Shown here: one piece after another, positions 41,426-51,303 of the stretch
How positions within the stretch are numbered: position 1 is the stretch's first letter
Layout: the number at the start of each line of letters is the position of its first letter
Origin: Alphaproteobacteria bacterium
Lineage (GTDB): Bacteria > Pseudomonadota > Alphaproteobacteria > CALMVH01
Direction of reading: 5' to 3'
Assembly: GCA_965199265.1 (NCBI GenBank)
Contig: CBDAQV010000001.1
Location: forward strand, 316,180 to 380,179
DNA length: 64,000 nt
Program-made: the position numbers and the translations under genes
The notes under the pieces: generated by a model
Database searches by the model: none
Told to the model about the DNA's origin: nothing
What the model saw: only the letters and a program-made list of their open reading frames with translations

Positions 41426-41519
41426 GACTGTGTCCTTGAATGACTATATTCATCTTTTATAAAGGATTAAACGAGTTTTGCCAAGGGCAAAGCGGTTGAT
41501 GATGCAGATGCCGTGAAAA

Positions 41520-42194
41520 TTAGGCTTCGTAACAGCTGGTTTCGCGCCGCAGCCGAGGCAGTGAATGGATTCGCACGGTGTCCGGCGTGTGCAGCCCAAG
41601 CTGTCTTGTGCCGTCGCCCGAGTAAGGCGGCCGCTCGGGAACGAGCCTGATTTCGGCCGGATCCGCCGATCCATACCAGCCGCCGAGCTCGAGCGGGGGA
41701 ATGCTGGCCCTGCGCCGGCTACCCAGCGTATTCGCCAATTCGGAACGATGCTCTTCGATGTACTCCAGCGTTTTTTCAGCGATGGCCGCCCTCCTGCCAT
41801 TGTCATACTCATCGGCTCTGTCCCGCATCCGTTCCAGATCGTTTTTCGGCATGTGACGCAGAAGCGGCAAGCACAGGCCTGCGCTCAGGATCATCAGCAG
41901 GCCGCCTCGTTCGATAGCCTTGCCGAAATCTTCCTCCATGGCGGCCGATGTCGTTGCGCCATGATCGCTGGCGGGATTGCCGTCCGCCATCGCCCTGACC
42001 GAGACACCCGCGACGAGCGCTCCGCCAAGAACGGAGGTACTCGCCAAAGCCGCGCCGTACGAAAAGGAAGTTATCGCCCCGGCCGCCAGGGAGAGATCCA
42101 GCAGTACCGTGACGGGCCTTTTTAGCCGTCCAAGGCTTGTTTGGCCCGAAGTGGGGTGTTCGGAACTGTCATCGATTGAATGGGCCAACCGCAT
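41520..42194 (-). CDS. Hypothetical membrane protein
   Basis: Hydrophobic segments are present. It lies directly upstream of the sigma-factor gene on the same strand. Confidence 0.4.
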   Translation of the reverse strand: MRLAHSIDDSSEHPTSGQTSLGRLKRPVTVLLDLSLAAGAITSFSYGAALASTSVLGGALVAGVSVRAMADGNPASDHGATTSAAMEEDFGKAIERGGLLMILSAGLCLPLLRHMPKNDLERMRDRADEYDNGRRAAIAEKTLEYIEEHRSELANTLGSRRRASIPPLELGGWYGSADPAEIRLVPERPPYSGDGTRQLGLHTPDTVRIHSLPRLRRETSCYEA

Positions 42195-42306
42195 CTCCAC
42201 AGACTGTATAATTTTACAGATATCCACTGGAGCCCAACACGTGTCAAGTCAGCTGTAGCGAGGCGATTGACGCGCCCCGAGCCGTGCCGCTATGAACAAC
42301 GCCAGC

Positions 42307-42396
42307 GGAGAGGTGGCGGAGCGGTTGAACGCGTCGGTCTCGAAAACCGAAATACCCTCACGGGTATCGGGGGTTCGAATCCCCCCCTCTCCGCCA
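42307..42396 (+). tRNA. tRNA-Ser (anticodon CGA)
   Basis: A manual cloverleaf gives a 7-bp acceptor stem GGAGAGG/CCTCTCC, an anticodon stem TCGGT/ACCGA with loop CTCGAAA, a long variable arm ATACCC/GGGTAT, a T-arm GGGGG TTCGAAT CCCCC, and a CCA end. Confidence 0.9.
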
Positions 42397-42418
42397 CGCT
42401 CCTGGCGGGGATTGCTGG

Positions 42419-42976
42419 TCAGACTATCCGGTTAGCACCAATACTGGGCTTTGTCCGGGGATTGATAGTGACGGCAAGAATATCGGCATTGCCGATGTGA
42501 ACTGCCTTTGCCACGCCATGCAGGTGGTGCAGCACGTGCCACAATCCGCCATGGCTCACGACCAGGTTGGTTCCTCCTTCCAGAGCTGCCAGCGCGGACG
42601 ATATTCTGTTGTAGAGAACTGGCAGGGTTTCACCGCCCGGCGGGTCGACCCAGGCCAGCAGGTGCGGGTACACGTCCGCGAACGGGACACCTTCCCACTC
42701 GCCGAAGCTACGTTCACGCCAGTTCGTATCGCCCTCGATGCAACTTGACATGACCGCCAGAGTGTCGCCCACGATTTGAGCGGTTTCCAGCGCGCGCGGT
42801 TGCCCGCTGTGAATGATGCGGTCCGGCTTGATGCCCAACCCATGCAGAGTCTGCGCGGCGGTTCTTGCCTGTACTCGGCCCAGCGGCGTCAGCGGATGAG
42901 AGGTTTGGCCGCCGGCGCAGATCGCTTCGACATTGGCGGTGGACTCGCCGTGGCGCATGAAAAGGAACCTCAGCAT
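42419..42976 (-). CDS. Histidine phosphatase (phosphoglycerate mutase) family protein
   Basis: MLRFLFMRHGEST… is the RHG catalytic motif. Confidence 0.75.
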   Translation of the reverse strand: MLRFLFMRHGESTANVEAICAGGQTSHPLTPLGRVQARTAAQTLHGLGIKPDRIIHSGQPRALETAQIVGDTLAVMSSCIEGDTNWRERSFGEWEGVPFADVYPHLLAWVDPPGGETLPVLYNRISSALAALEGGTNLVVSHGGLWHVLHHLHGVAKAVHIGNADILAVTINPRTKPSIGANRIV

Positions 42977-42983
42977 GTGCCCG

Positions 42984-44063
42984 TCAGAAAGCAGGTTCGG
43001 CCGCCTTGGAGCCAACGGTCGAAGCAAGGCGACGCAGAGCCGAACCCGCACCGAACCCGTTCTGACGCAGCGTGGCGTTCAAGGCCTGCGGCTCGAGATT
43101 TTCGGCAACCATGCGATCCCAATTGCGCGCTGTCGCGTCCGGCACGTCCCGCATGGTTTGCCGTCCTTGCGCGTCCCAGAATGCAAGCCAGCCTAATGAG
43201 CCTGTCAGAACCACACGTGTCATTGCCGGCCGCGCGTCGATAAGCGCGCGGCGCTGGTCATTCGCGCGATCTCCGCTGAACTCGTTCAGCCAGGCGGAAA
43301 AGAATTTCTGGCTGGTCCCAACGGGCCAGACCGGGTTCGCCAAAGGATCGAACTGACGCGCCACAGGACACACGGGCATGGAAATGTCGATCAGCGGGCA
43401 ATCGACGGTCGCGTACTCCAGATCGGGCATCCACGCCTTGCCCGAGCGATCGATCAGGAAGTTGCCGGCATGCGTGTCGGAGGCGATGAAACCGACCGGA
43501 AGCGCTGCTACCTTGGCCATGTGGGACAGATCGTCGCGAGCTTGGTCCAGCGCACCGGTAAGCAGAGCCTTGGATCCGGAATTCAGGCGCGGACTTTCCA
43601 GAGCCGGGGCAAGAAACATGTCGATGAAGCCACGCTGAGAGTCACCCAGCATCGCCGGCGCGGAGAGCGCCGGGGGCGGCGCAGTACGGTGTATTGCGGC
43701 CAGTGCCGCAGCGATCGCCGGATAATCGATCGCAAAATCCGCTGTGCGCTGGTAAGGGACGCGCTTTACGATCAGGGCTCCGTAGGCAAGACCGTCTTCT
43801 GGCCGGATCACTGTCAGAAGCGGGGGTGTATGCCGCGAAGCCGCCGCGGCGCTATAGACGGTTTCCTGTTGCGACAGGTACTCGTCGGCGGTCATCCACG
43901 TGTTGCCGCGCGGTACCCTGGCCAGCCAGCCGCTATTCCCGAGCACGACATGATCGTGGTTGAGGCCTGATCCTTTCAGGAAGTGCAAATCACCTGGTTT
44001 CACCGACAAGCCGGCATGTTCGCGAACAAGGTCGGACAATCGTTCTGGTTTAAAGGAGGTCAT
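42984..44063 (-). CDS. Phosphotransferase-family (APH/choline-kinase-like) protein kinase-fold enzyme
   Basis: …DTHAGNFLID…MPDLEYATVD… correspond to the HxDxxxxN and D motifs. Confidence 0.7.
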   Translation of the reverse strand: MTSFKPERLSDLVREHAGLSVKPGDLHFLKGSGLNHDHVVLGNSGWLARVPRGNTWMTADEYLSQQETVYSAAAASRHTPPLLTVIRPEDGLAYGALIVKRVPYQRTADFAIDYPAIAAALAAIHRTAPPPALSAPAMLGDSQRGFIDMFLAPALESPRLNSGSKALLTGALDQARDDLSHMAKVAALPVGFIASDTHAGNFLIDRSGKAWMPDLEYATVDCPLIDISMPVCPVARQFDPLANPVWPVGTSQKFFSAWLNEFSGDRANDQRRALIDARPAMTRVVLTGSLGWLAFWDAQGRQTMRDVPDATARNWDRMVAENLEPQALNATLRQNGFGAGSALRRLASTVGSKAAEPAF

Positions 44064-44309
44064 GGAGGGTTTGGCTTTTCAGCAGCGTGGTCGAAGCATG
44101 TCGAGAATAAAAAAACGGTCGCAAGGTTATAATCCAGGTCGCTTAGAATAGTAATAAAAATTTAATGTCTGGACAGGCTCGGTGAACAGTTGGACATGGT
44201 AAACCTGCAAAGGTCACCATAGCTGCAAAAAAGAAGCGTCCGGGCCCGACCTGGGTAGTTTCCCATGGTCCGACGAAGCAACTACAGTCTGTTCCATTCA
44301 CGACAGTCC

Positions 44310-47300
44310 TCAATAATCCAGCGTGTAAGTAACCCCCAGCCCGGAGGACGAATCCGAGCCCACGGTGCCGTTCACCGTCACGTTCGGGGCGACTTCGACT
44401 TCCAGCTTGGCGGCGCTCGATCCGGCGGTCAGGCCCTGCTGCACGCCCAGGAACACGCCGTTCGCGATGTACTTGCCGCCGCTGATCGCGGTCCCGGACA
44501 GCGCGCCCTGGTTCTGGCTGGTGCTGGTGGCGGACGCGGTGTCGGCAAGGCCCAGCCGGTCGAGGCCGGTCGACTGGCGTAGGCGGTCGAACACGTCCAG
44601 CCCGCCGCCGCCGGCCAGCGAGGCGGCGGCCTCGGCCAGCTGCACGCCCTCGGCGGCGCTGACCTGGCTGGCGTTCTCGCCGAACAGGACGTGGCTGAGG
44701 ATCTCGTCCTGCGGCATCGGCGGGTCCGAGTTCAGGGCGATCTTCGGCAGGCTGGCGGTGCCGGTCACGTCGATGCGCGCGGTGATGCCGCTGGCGCTGG
44801 CGGTCGCCTCCACGTCTAGGCGCGGGTCCACCGACTTGCCGCCCTCGAACACGATCAGCCCGCGCGTCAGCTTGAAATCCTTGCCCAGCGCCGACAGGGT
44901 GCCCGACACCGTCCGCAGCTGCCCGGCGATGACGGGCGCGGCGGCCGTGCCGGTCACCGCGATCCGTCCCGCCCAGGTGCTGTCCAGGCCGCGGCCGCGG
45001 ACGAAGCACTGGCCAGGCACGTCGACCTGGACGTCGAGGCCAACGGTAATCAGCGGCGGCGCGTCGGCATCCGTCCCTTTGCGGACAGGATGCCGGCTGT
45101 CGATGCGCACCACGGTCAGCGTCGGCTCGGCGCTCGGCATGCGTCCCGGGATGGCGAGGTCGGCGCGCGGGATCGTGGCGCGCAGCCTGACCAGCGGCGC
45201 GCTCACGGTGCCGGTCACCTCCAGCATCCCATCGGCGCGGACGGTCGCTTCCTCGCTCCGGGTCAGCAGGAAATCATGAACCGCTCCGGCGATGTTGAGC
45301 GTATGCGGCACGCCCGCGGCAAGGCTGACATCGCCGCTCGCCTTCACCGTCCCGTCCGCGCCGTCCGTCGCGCGGAGCGAGGCGAGGGTCACGCGCTGGT
45401 TGTCGCCCGCCAGGTCGAGTGTGACGTCGCGCAGCTGGGTGCCGAGCGCCTGGTTGTCGTAGCGCCCATCGGCCACGCGCAGATGACCGGAGTAAACGGG
45501 CGCGGCCAAGGTGCCGCGCACATGCGCATCCACCGCCAGCGACCCCGCGACCCGGTCCTCGCCGATCGGCAGGCTGGCGGCCAAATCGGCGAACTTGCCG
45601 CTGCCGGTCACATCCGCCGCCACGGGCGCGTGCTCGTCGATGCCCAAAGCAAAAGGCTGGAGCGACAGCCTCGCCGGCACCTCGCCCGCCAGCTTGAGGG
45701 CAAGCCCCTGCCGCGCGGCGACGGTGCCGGCCAGCGCCACGCGCCCCTTGCCGAGCGTAGCGATAAGCCCGGCCGCGAACAGGTTCGCCTTAGCTTGCGG
45801 GGACGCGGTGTCGTAGTCGAAGTCGGACACGGTCAGCCTGGCCAAACCTCCGGGCGCGCTCGGCTTTCCGGACAGGGAAAGATCGAAATCCACATGGCCG
45901 CCCAGCGTGGGCTGCCCGAACACCGGCCCGAACTCGGCCAGTGAAACGCCACTGGTCGCGAGGTTGAGAGCGACCGCGGCGGGTTTGAGCGAACCCGTGC
46001 CGGCCAGCGTGGCGGAACCAACGCCGAGCGCCAGCCGGTTGGTTTCCACATTCTCGCCGCGCCTGGTCGCCGTGAATGGGACGCGCAACTGTATCGGCAG
46101 GCGCTCGAAGTGCCCGGTAAGGGAGGCGACCGTCAGCGTGAGCGTCTGTGCTGCCTGCTGGACCATGCCGGACGCCGCGAGCTTGAAAGGCTCGGTCGCC
46201 GTTCCGCCAGTCGCGATGCCGAACTTCCATTGGCCCGGAGCTGCGGCGGCCAGCTTGGCCGTCGTACTGTCCAGAACCGCCGATCCGGCGTGCAGCGTCG
46301 TGGCCGTCAGAGTCGCCGTGCCGGTCGGCTTGCCAGTGACGTTCGCCAACTTCGCCGATACATCCAGCGCGGCGAGGGTCGTGCTTGCAATCGCCAGGTT
46401 GGCGGCGTGCAGCTCGGCACCGACTGACTGGCCGTTTTGCACGGCGAGCGCAATCCTGCCGTCGATCTTCCCGGCAAGGGCAGTGCCGGCCAGCCCGGAC
46501 CACGCGCCGAGGTCGGGGATCGACAGGGCCAGCGCGCCGTTCGCCCGCTTGTCCGCCGTATCGACGGCAAGGTTGCCCGAAAGGCTTGTGTCCTTTGCCT
46601 TCAGCGAAATGCCGCTCAGCGCGATCGTCCTGTCATCCGGGCGACCAATCTTAGCCGCAAACGAGCCGTTGAGGTCGGGGCGGACGAAGCGAAGGGAAAG
46701 ATCGCCGCTCTTTGCCGCAAGGCTGGGCAGGTTGGCATCGAGCGTCAGGCTGTCCAGCGTCACCGTGCCCAAAGCCAGCTTGACGCCGTTCGCCGTCAGC
46801 GATCCCGACAAATCTTCCGCTTTGCCCGCGATGTCGGCGCTTGCGTCCAGGCTGCCGGCCAGCGTCCTGCCAGCGAGCGCGCTGAAGCGGGACAGGTCTT
46901 CGATCCTCGCCGTAACCCGGCCGGCGCTCGATTGATCGTCCTTGCGGCCCGTCGCGGCCAGCACCGCGCCGGGCATGGTCAGCGTCGCGTCGTCAATGGC
47001 AATGTTCCTGCCGCTTTCGGCGACGCTCGCCTTGAGTTTCAGCGATGCCGCGCGGCCCAGATCGTCGGGAAGCCCCGCAATCTTCAGATCGGTCAGCGCT
47101 GCAAGCCCCGCTATCTTCAAGTCGTCCACCGTACCCGACAAGTCGGCGTTCACAACCAGAGCGCCGCCCAGCGGTCGGCCTGCCAAGGCTTGCAGCGTCG
47201 ACAGGTCGGATCGCGCTGTAAGGCTCGATTTCACAGCCCTCGTATCGGTCGCATAGGCGGCGCTGCCTGACAGAGTCGCTGCCTGCAAGCGCAGGGCAAG

Positions 47301-48239
47301 AGCGGGAACGCTCCAGTCGTCGCCTTCCTTTGTCGCTTCCAGCTTCAGCGTTGCCGGCTGGATCAGGTCGCGGAACGGCTCGGGCAACAGTCCTTTGTCC
47401 GACAGCGAGAGATCGGCGGCGTAACGCTGCCGCTTCCCGGTAATTTCTAGAAACAGGGTTGAATCCAGCCGGGCAATCTCGCCGGCGGAAAGGGCCAGCT
47501 TGCCTTGCCATGCCGAGAGCGGTCCGTTCCCATCCAGCGTCAGCGTAAGCGGCAGGTGATCTTGACGCTTCAGCACCGTATCGAACAGGACTCCGCTCGG
47601 CTCGGAGATTGCGGCGGCGAGCTTGATCGAGTTGGTTGCCACGTCGTACGACAGCCGAAGGTCGGCCAGCCCGCTTTGGCCATCGACGCGGCGAAGGTTC
47701 AGCGCCACGTCGGCGCTCCTAGCCGTCGCGTTGCCGTGCGCGTCCAGCGCCAGAATCGCCGGCGTGCCGGTCAGCGACGCGCCAAGGCCGATATGCCGGA
47801 TCGCGAGCCGGTCGAGTTCGATCCGCAGAGGCAGGTGGAACGACTTGGTCTTCTCCGGATTTTTCTCGTCCGCCTGCGGCGAGGGCGCGCGCGCCATGTC
47901 GATGGCCGAGGCACCGAGCCAAGCGATGTGCAGCCGCCTGCTGAACAGCGCCAGCGGCTGGACGTGCAGGCGCAGGCCGCGCAGGACCAGCCACTCGCCA
48001 TCCTTGTCGGCAAGCGCGATGCGCCCGACGCCTATGTCGAACGGCACCGACCCGGTCAGGCCTGTCACTTCGATTTGCTGTCCGGGAGTGCTGCCAAGCC
48101 TGGAGATCTCTGAAGCGGCAAAGCTCTTTCCGCTGTCGGTCTGCAGCCAGCCAACGGCAGCCGTTACTGCCAGAACCAGCAGCAGGACAAGGCAGCCCAG
48201 TACGGCCAGCACGCGCTTGAGGCTGCGGACAGGTTTCAT
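44310..48239 (-). CDS. tamB: Translocation and assembly module subunit TamB (AsmA-like/DUF490)
   Basis: A 1309-aa beta-rich protein has an N-terminal signal anchor. It lies immediately downstream of the Omp85-family gene. Confidence 0.8.
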   Translation of the reverse strand: MKPVRSLKRVLAVLGCLVLLLVLAVTAAVGWLQTDSGKSFAASEISRLGSTPGQQIEVTGLTGSVPFDIGVGRIALADKDGEWLVLRGLRLHVQPLALFSRRLHIAWLGASAIDMARAPSPQADEKNPEKTKSFHLPLRIELDRLAIRHIGLGASLTGTPAILALDAHGNATARSADVALNLRRVDGQSGLADLRLSYDVATNSIKLAAAISEPSGVLFDTVLKRQDHLPLTLTLDGNGPLSAWQGKLALSAGEIARLDSTLFLEITGKRQRYAADLSLSDKGLLPEPFRDLIQPATLKLEATKEGDDWSVPALALRLQAATLSGSAAYATDTRAVKSSLTARSDLSTLQALAGRPLGGALVVNADLSGTVDDLKIAGLAALTDLKIAGLPDDLGRAASLKLKASVAESGRNIAIDDATLTMPGAVLAATGRKDDQSSAGRVTARIEDLSRFSALAGRTLAGSLDASADIAGKAEDLSGSLTANGVKLALGTVTLDSLTLDANLPSLAAKSGDLSLRFVRPDLNGSFAAKIGRPDDRTIALSGISLKAKDTSLSGNLAVDTADKRANGALALSIPDLGAWSGLAGTALAGKIDGRIALAVQNGQSVGAELHAANLAIASTTLAALDVSAKLANVTGKPTGTATLTATTLHAGSAVLDSTTAKLAAAAPGQWKFGIATGGTATEPFKLAASGMVQQAAQTLTLTVASLTGHFERLPIQLRVPFTATRRGENVETNRLALGVGSATLAGTGSLKPAAVALNLATSGVSLAEFGPVFGQPTLGGHVDFDLSLSGKPSAPGGLARLTVSDFDYDTASPQAKANLFAAGLIATLGKGRVALAGTVAARQGLALKLAGEVPARLSLQPFALGIDEHAPVAADVTGSGKFADLAASLPIGEDRVAGSLAVDAHVRGTLAAPVYSGHLRVADGRYDNQALGTQLRDVTLDLAGDNQRVTLASLRATDGADGTVKASGDVSLAAGVPHTLNIAGAVHDFLLTRSEEATVRADGMLEVTGTVSAPLVRLRATIPRADLAIPGRMPSAEPTLTVVRIDSRHPVRKGTDADAPPLITVGLDVQVDVPGQCFVRGRGLDSTWAGRIAVTGTAAAPVIAGQLRTVSGTLSALGKDFKLTRGLIVFEGGKSVDPRLDVEATASASGITARIDVTGTASLPKIALNSDPPMPQDEILSHVLFGENASQVSAAEGVQLAEAAASLAGGGGLDVFDRLRQSTGLDRLGLADTASATSTSQNQGALSGTAISGGKYIANGVFLGVQQGLTAGSSAAKLEVEVAPNVTVNGTVGSDSSSGLGVTYTLDY

Positions 48240-50062
48240 CAGAAGGCCTGCCCGATGCTGGCGTAGATCTGGATCGACCCATCGGTGCTGCGCTTGCGCA
48301 GCGGCACGGCGATGTCGAGGCGCAACGGGCCGAGCGGCGTCATGTAGCGGGCGCCCATGCCGCCGTCGTACAGCAGGGTGCGGCTGAAGTCGGGGATGGG
48401 AGTTTCATAGTACGATCCCGCTTCGGCGAACGGCACGATGTCGATGTTCTTCCAGACGGGGATGCGCAACTCGGCCCCGCTTTCGAACACCGACTTGCCG
48501 CCGATCGGGTTGCCGTCGGCGTCGATCGGCCCCGCGTGCTGGAAGGCGTAGCCGCGCAGCGAGCCGCCGCCGCCGGAGTAGAAGCGCAGATCGCGCGGCA
48601 GGTCGCCGAACGCAACCCCTTGGATTGATCCAAAACGGACAAATTCAGCCGTTACCAAGCCGCCCCTCTCCGAAAGGCTCTGGTAGGCGGTTGCCCTGGC
48701 GTCGGCGGTGACGAAGCGCAGAGCGCCGAAATTGGACTCGCCAAGCGACGGGGTCAGGTCGAGGGTCACGCGGTAGCCGTGCACGGGGTTGAGCAAATCG
48801 TTCGAGTCATCGAATTTGAGCGAGAGCGGCACGGTAGCAAGGTCGTAGTGCTGGCCGCCCATGTCGGTGGAAAGGTTGGCGTGTGCCCCGCCGACCCCGA
48901 CGCTGGCGGTGACGTGCGCAAACAGCGTGCGTTCAAGGTCCACTTCGGCAAAGACCTTGCGGCTGCTGTAGGGGTCGACTGTCTCGTCCGACAAACCGCC
49001 GGTGATCTTCAACGACTGGTCGGGCCTGCCGACGTCGGGAAGGGCCAGCGTTGCGATCGCGTTCTTCTCCTGGTTGCCGACCTCTGCCGACAGCCTGAGT
49101 TTCTCCGCGTCGCCGAACAGGTTGCGATCCTCCCAGAACACGTTTGCCAGGATGGCTTGGCTGGTGCTGTACTCCGCCGTGGCTCCGACGGAGTGCTTGT
49201 CGCGCTCCGCCGCATCAACGATCATCGGGATGGAGCCGTCGGCGTCCACCTCCGCCGCGGGATGGATGTTCACGGTGCTGAACAGTCCGGTGCCGACCAG
49301 CGCCTGCTTGGTCGCATCGACCGGCGTGCTGTCGTAGTCGGCGCCGGCGTTCCATTTCAGCCGGTTCTCCACGTAGGTGGGGTCGAGGTCCGTCAGCCCG
49401 GTGATCGACGTCAGACCGAACCATGCGAACCCGCCGGGGTCGACGGTGTAGGTCACCCTCATCGCATGCGTCGCCACGTCGATCACCGAAACAGGCGCGG
49501 ATACGACCGCCAGCGGGAAACCGCCGGTGGTGAACACCTTTAATATCTTGCCCTGCGCATCCAGTACCGCACGGGCCAGCGCCGGCTTGCCGAGCTCGAG
49601 GCCGACCATTTCGGGCGCCAGTTTCGCCGACAGAGGAAGCGCCGCCCCCGTAGCAGTCACGATTTTCGCCGAAGCGAGGGTATAAACCTCGCCCGGGTCC
49701 GCGATCATGGTGATGCCGACCGGTAACGCGGTTTCGTCGATCCTGGTTTCGACCTTGCCGTCGTAGAACCCGCGCGATGCCATGGCTTTCTTCAGCCGCT
49801 CGACGTCGGCTGTGACGCGGGCGCGCAGGGCGACGTCGTTCGCGGGCGCCTTTTTCCTCTCAGCGATCAGGTCGGAACTGTCTTCAAGCGCTTGCCTGAG
49901 GTCGCCTTCTGGGACGCCGGTGAGCTTCACCTCGTAATCCACGCCTTTAGGCTTGTCCCCGAACCAGTCGCACGACGTCAGGCCGGTGATCATGGCCAGC
50001 ATCCCCGTCAACTGGAGAGCTCGGCGCGCACGGGTACGGAACGGGAAAATCTTGCGGAGCAA
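48239..50062 (-). CDS. tamA: Outer-membrane Omp85-family protein TamA (POTRA domains plus beta-barrel)
   Basis: A lipoprotein-like signal peptide is followed by POTRA repeats and a C-terminal barrel ending …IYASIGQAF. Confidence 0.8.
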   Translation of the reverse strand: MLRKIFPFRTRARRALQLTGMLAMITGLTSCDWFGDKPKGVDYEVKLTGVPEGDLRQALEDSSDLIAERKKAPANDVALRARVTADVERLKKAMASRGFYDGKVETRIDETALPVGITMIADPGEVYTLASAKIVTATGAALPLSAKLAPEMVGLELGKPALARAVLDAQGKILKVFTTGGFPLAVVSAPVSVIDVATHAMRVTYTVDPGGFAWFGLTSITGLTDLDPTYVENRLKWNAGADYDSTPVDATKQALVGTGLFSTVNIHPAAEVDADGSIPMIVDAAERDKHSVGATAEYSTSQAILANVFWEDRNLFGDAEKLRLSAEVGNQEKNAIATLALPDVGRPDQSLKITGGLSDETVDPYSSRKVFAEVDLERTLFAHVTASVGVGGAHANLSTDMGGQHYDLATVPLSLKFDDSNDLLNPVHGYRVTLDLTPSLGESNFGALRFVTADARATAYQSLSERGGLVTAEFVRFGSIQGVAFGDLPRDLRFYSGGGGSLRGYAFQHAGPIDADGNPIGGKSVFESGAELRIPVWKNIDIVPFAEAGSYYETPIPDFSRTLLYDGGMGARYMTPLGPLRLDIAVPLRKRSTDGSIQIYASIGQAF

Positions 50063-50204
50063 TGATACGCCTTGTGTGAAGGCGACTCTGGTAAACTACC
50101 GGTTCGCGACTCTCAAGGAAAGCGCGACCGCAACCGTCACATTGCGTGACGTGCAGGCAGGCAAGATGCCGCTTCGCGCCGTTGACGGTGCAGCCTCTTT
50201 CCTT

Positions 50205-50465
50205 TCAAGCCTTTCGGTCGCTACAAGCCTGGGCGACGAGGAGCCGGGCAACCGCCAATCTCAGCGCTTGCATGTCGGCGCTAACCGCCTCGTCTTTCTG
50301 CGGCGAGAGTTCAGCACCAGCGGCGGCCACCGCGACCAGGGCGGTGATCAGCGCCGGCGAAACCGGCGCTGGCGCAGGCTGCGGGGACGGCTGGTTCTTC
50401 TCGGCTCTGAAGACGATGATTTTGGCAACGGCGGGAGCCGGAAACTTCTTTTCCACATCATCCAT
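50205..50465 (-). CDS. Small hypothetical protein upstream of tamA
   Basis: An 87-aa ORF begins MDDVEKKF…. Support is weak. Confidence 0.25.
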   Translation of the reverse strand: MDDVEKKFPAPAVAKIIVFRAEKNQPSPQPAPAPVSPALITALVAVAAAGAELSPQKDEAVSADMQALRLAVARLLVAQACSDRKA

Positions 50466-50621
50466 GCAGCCTCCCTGGATTAGGCACGGCGGTCGGGAAG
50501 GCCCCCGCATGCAGCGCTTAAAGTGACTTTCATTCGGCTCGTCGTTTCTACGAACTTAGGTTGGATTATAAGGTGCGAGCTTACGCCAGCATTACGGCGG
50601 CAGACGCGACGGAGGCATTGT

Positions 50622-51298
50622 ATGCGAATGCTCGTGGTGGAGGACGATCCGAGGCTGGGGCCGCTCGTCGCGGGCAACCTGTCGCGCAGCGATTTCGTGG
50701 TCGATCTTGCGAACACGCTGGAGGACGCCGAGGCGTACCTCAGCACTACCCACTATTCATTGCTTCTGCTCGACCTCCATCTGCCCGACGGCGACGGTTT
50801 GCGCCTGTTTGCCCGGCGCGGCCGCAGCGGGTTCCCCGCACCATTGTGGTGACGGGAGCCGACGGCGTTGCCGATCGGGTTCGCGGGCTGGACGCCGGCG
50901 CGGACGATTACATCGCAAAACCGTTCGCTCATGATGAGCTGATGGCGCGCATCCGCGCCGTGCTGCGGCGGCCGGGGGCCATGCGCGGTTCCGTGCTGTC
51001 TGCCGGCGACGTTGACTTCGACGTCGCCACCAGAGTGGTAACGGCGGGCGGCGTGGTGCTCTTCCTGCCGCGGCGCGAGCTGGTCATCCTTGAGTCGCTC
51101 ATGCGTTCCGCCGGCTGCGTGGTGATGCGCGAAAGTCTCGAGGAAGCGGTCTACGCCTATGGCGAGGAACCCTTGTCCAACGCGACCGAAGCCAATATCT
51201 CCCGCTTGCGCAAGCGCCTGAGGCAGGCAGGCAGCCGGACGGAAATCCAGGTCGTGCGCGGGCTGGGATACCGGCTTGCCGTCGAAAAGGATGCTTGA
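50622..51298 (+). CDS. OmpR-family response regulator, interrupted by a -1 frameshift in a C-run near 50837-50843
   Basis: The receiver [13 protein letters not shown]…[12 protein letters not shown] ends at a stop at 50852. The rest ([28 protein letters not shown]… plus the winged HTH) continues in another frame through 51298. Confidence 0.7.
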
Positions 51299-51303
51299 GG
51301 GCG

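Noticed and set aside
41440-41520. An AT-rich stretch upstream of the sigma-factor gene considered as a possible small RNA or att site.
   Set aside because: It is short and has no conserved structure I can see. It is most simply a promoter or leader region.
44143-45009. A 288-aa reverse-strand ORF overlapping the tamB 3' region in another frame.
   Set aside because: It has extreme Arg/Gly/Pro composition and is embedded in the 1309-aa TamB frame.
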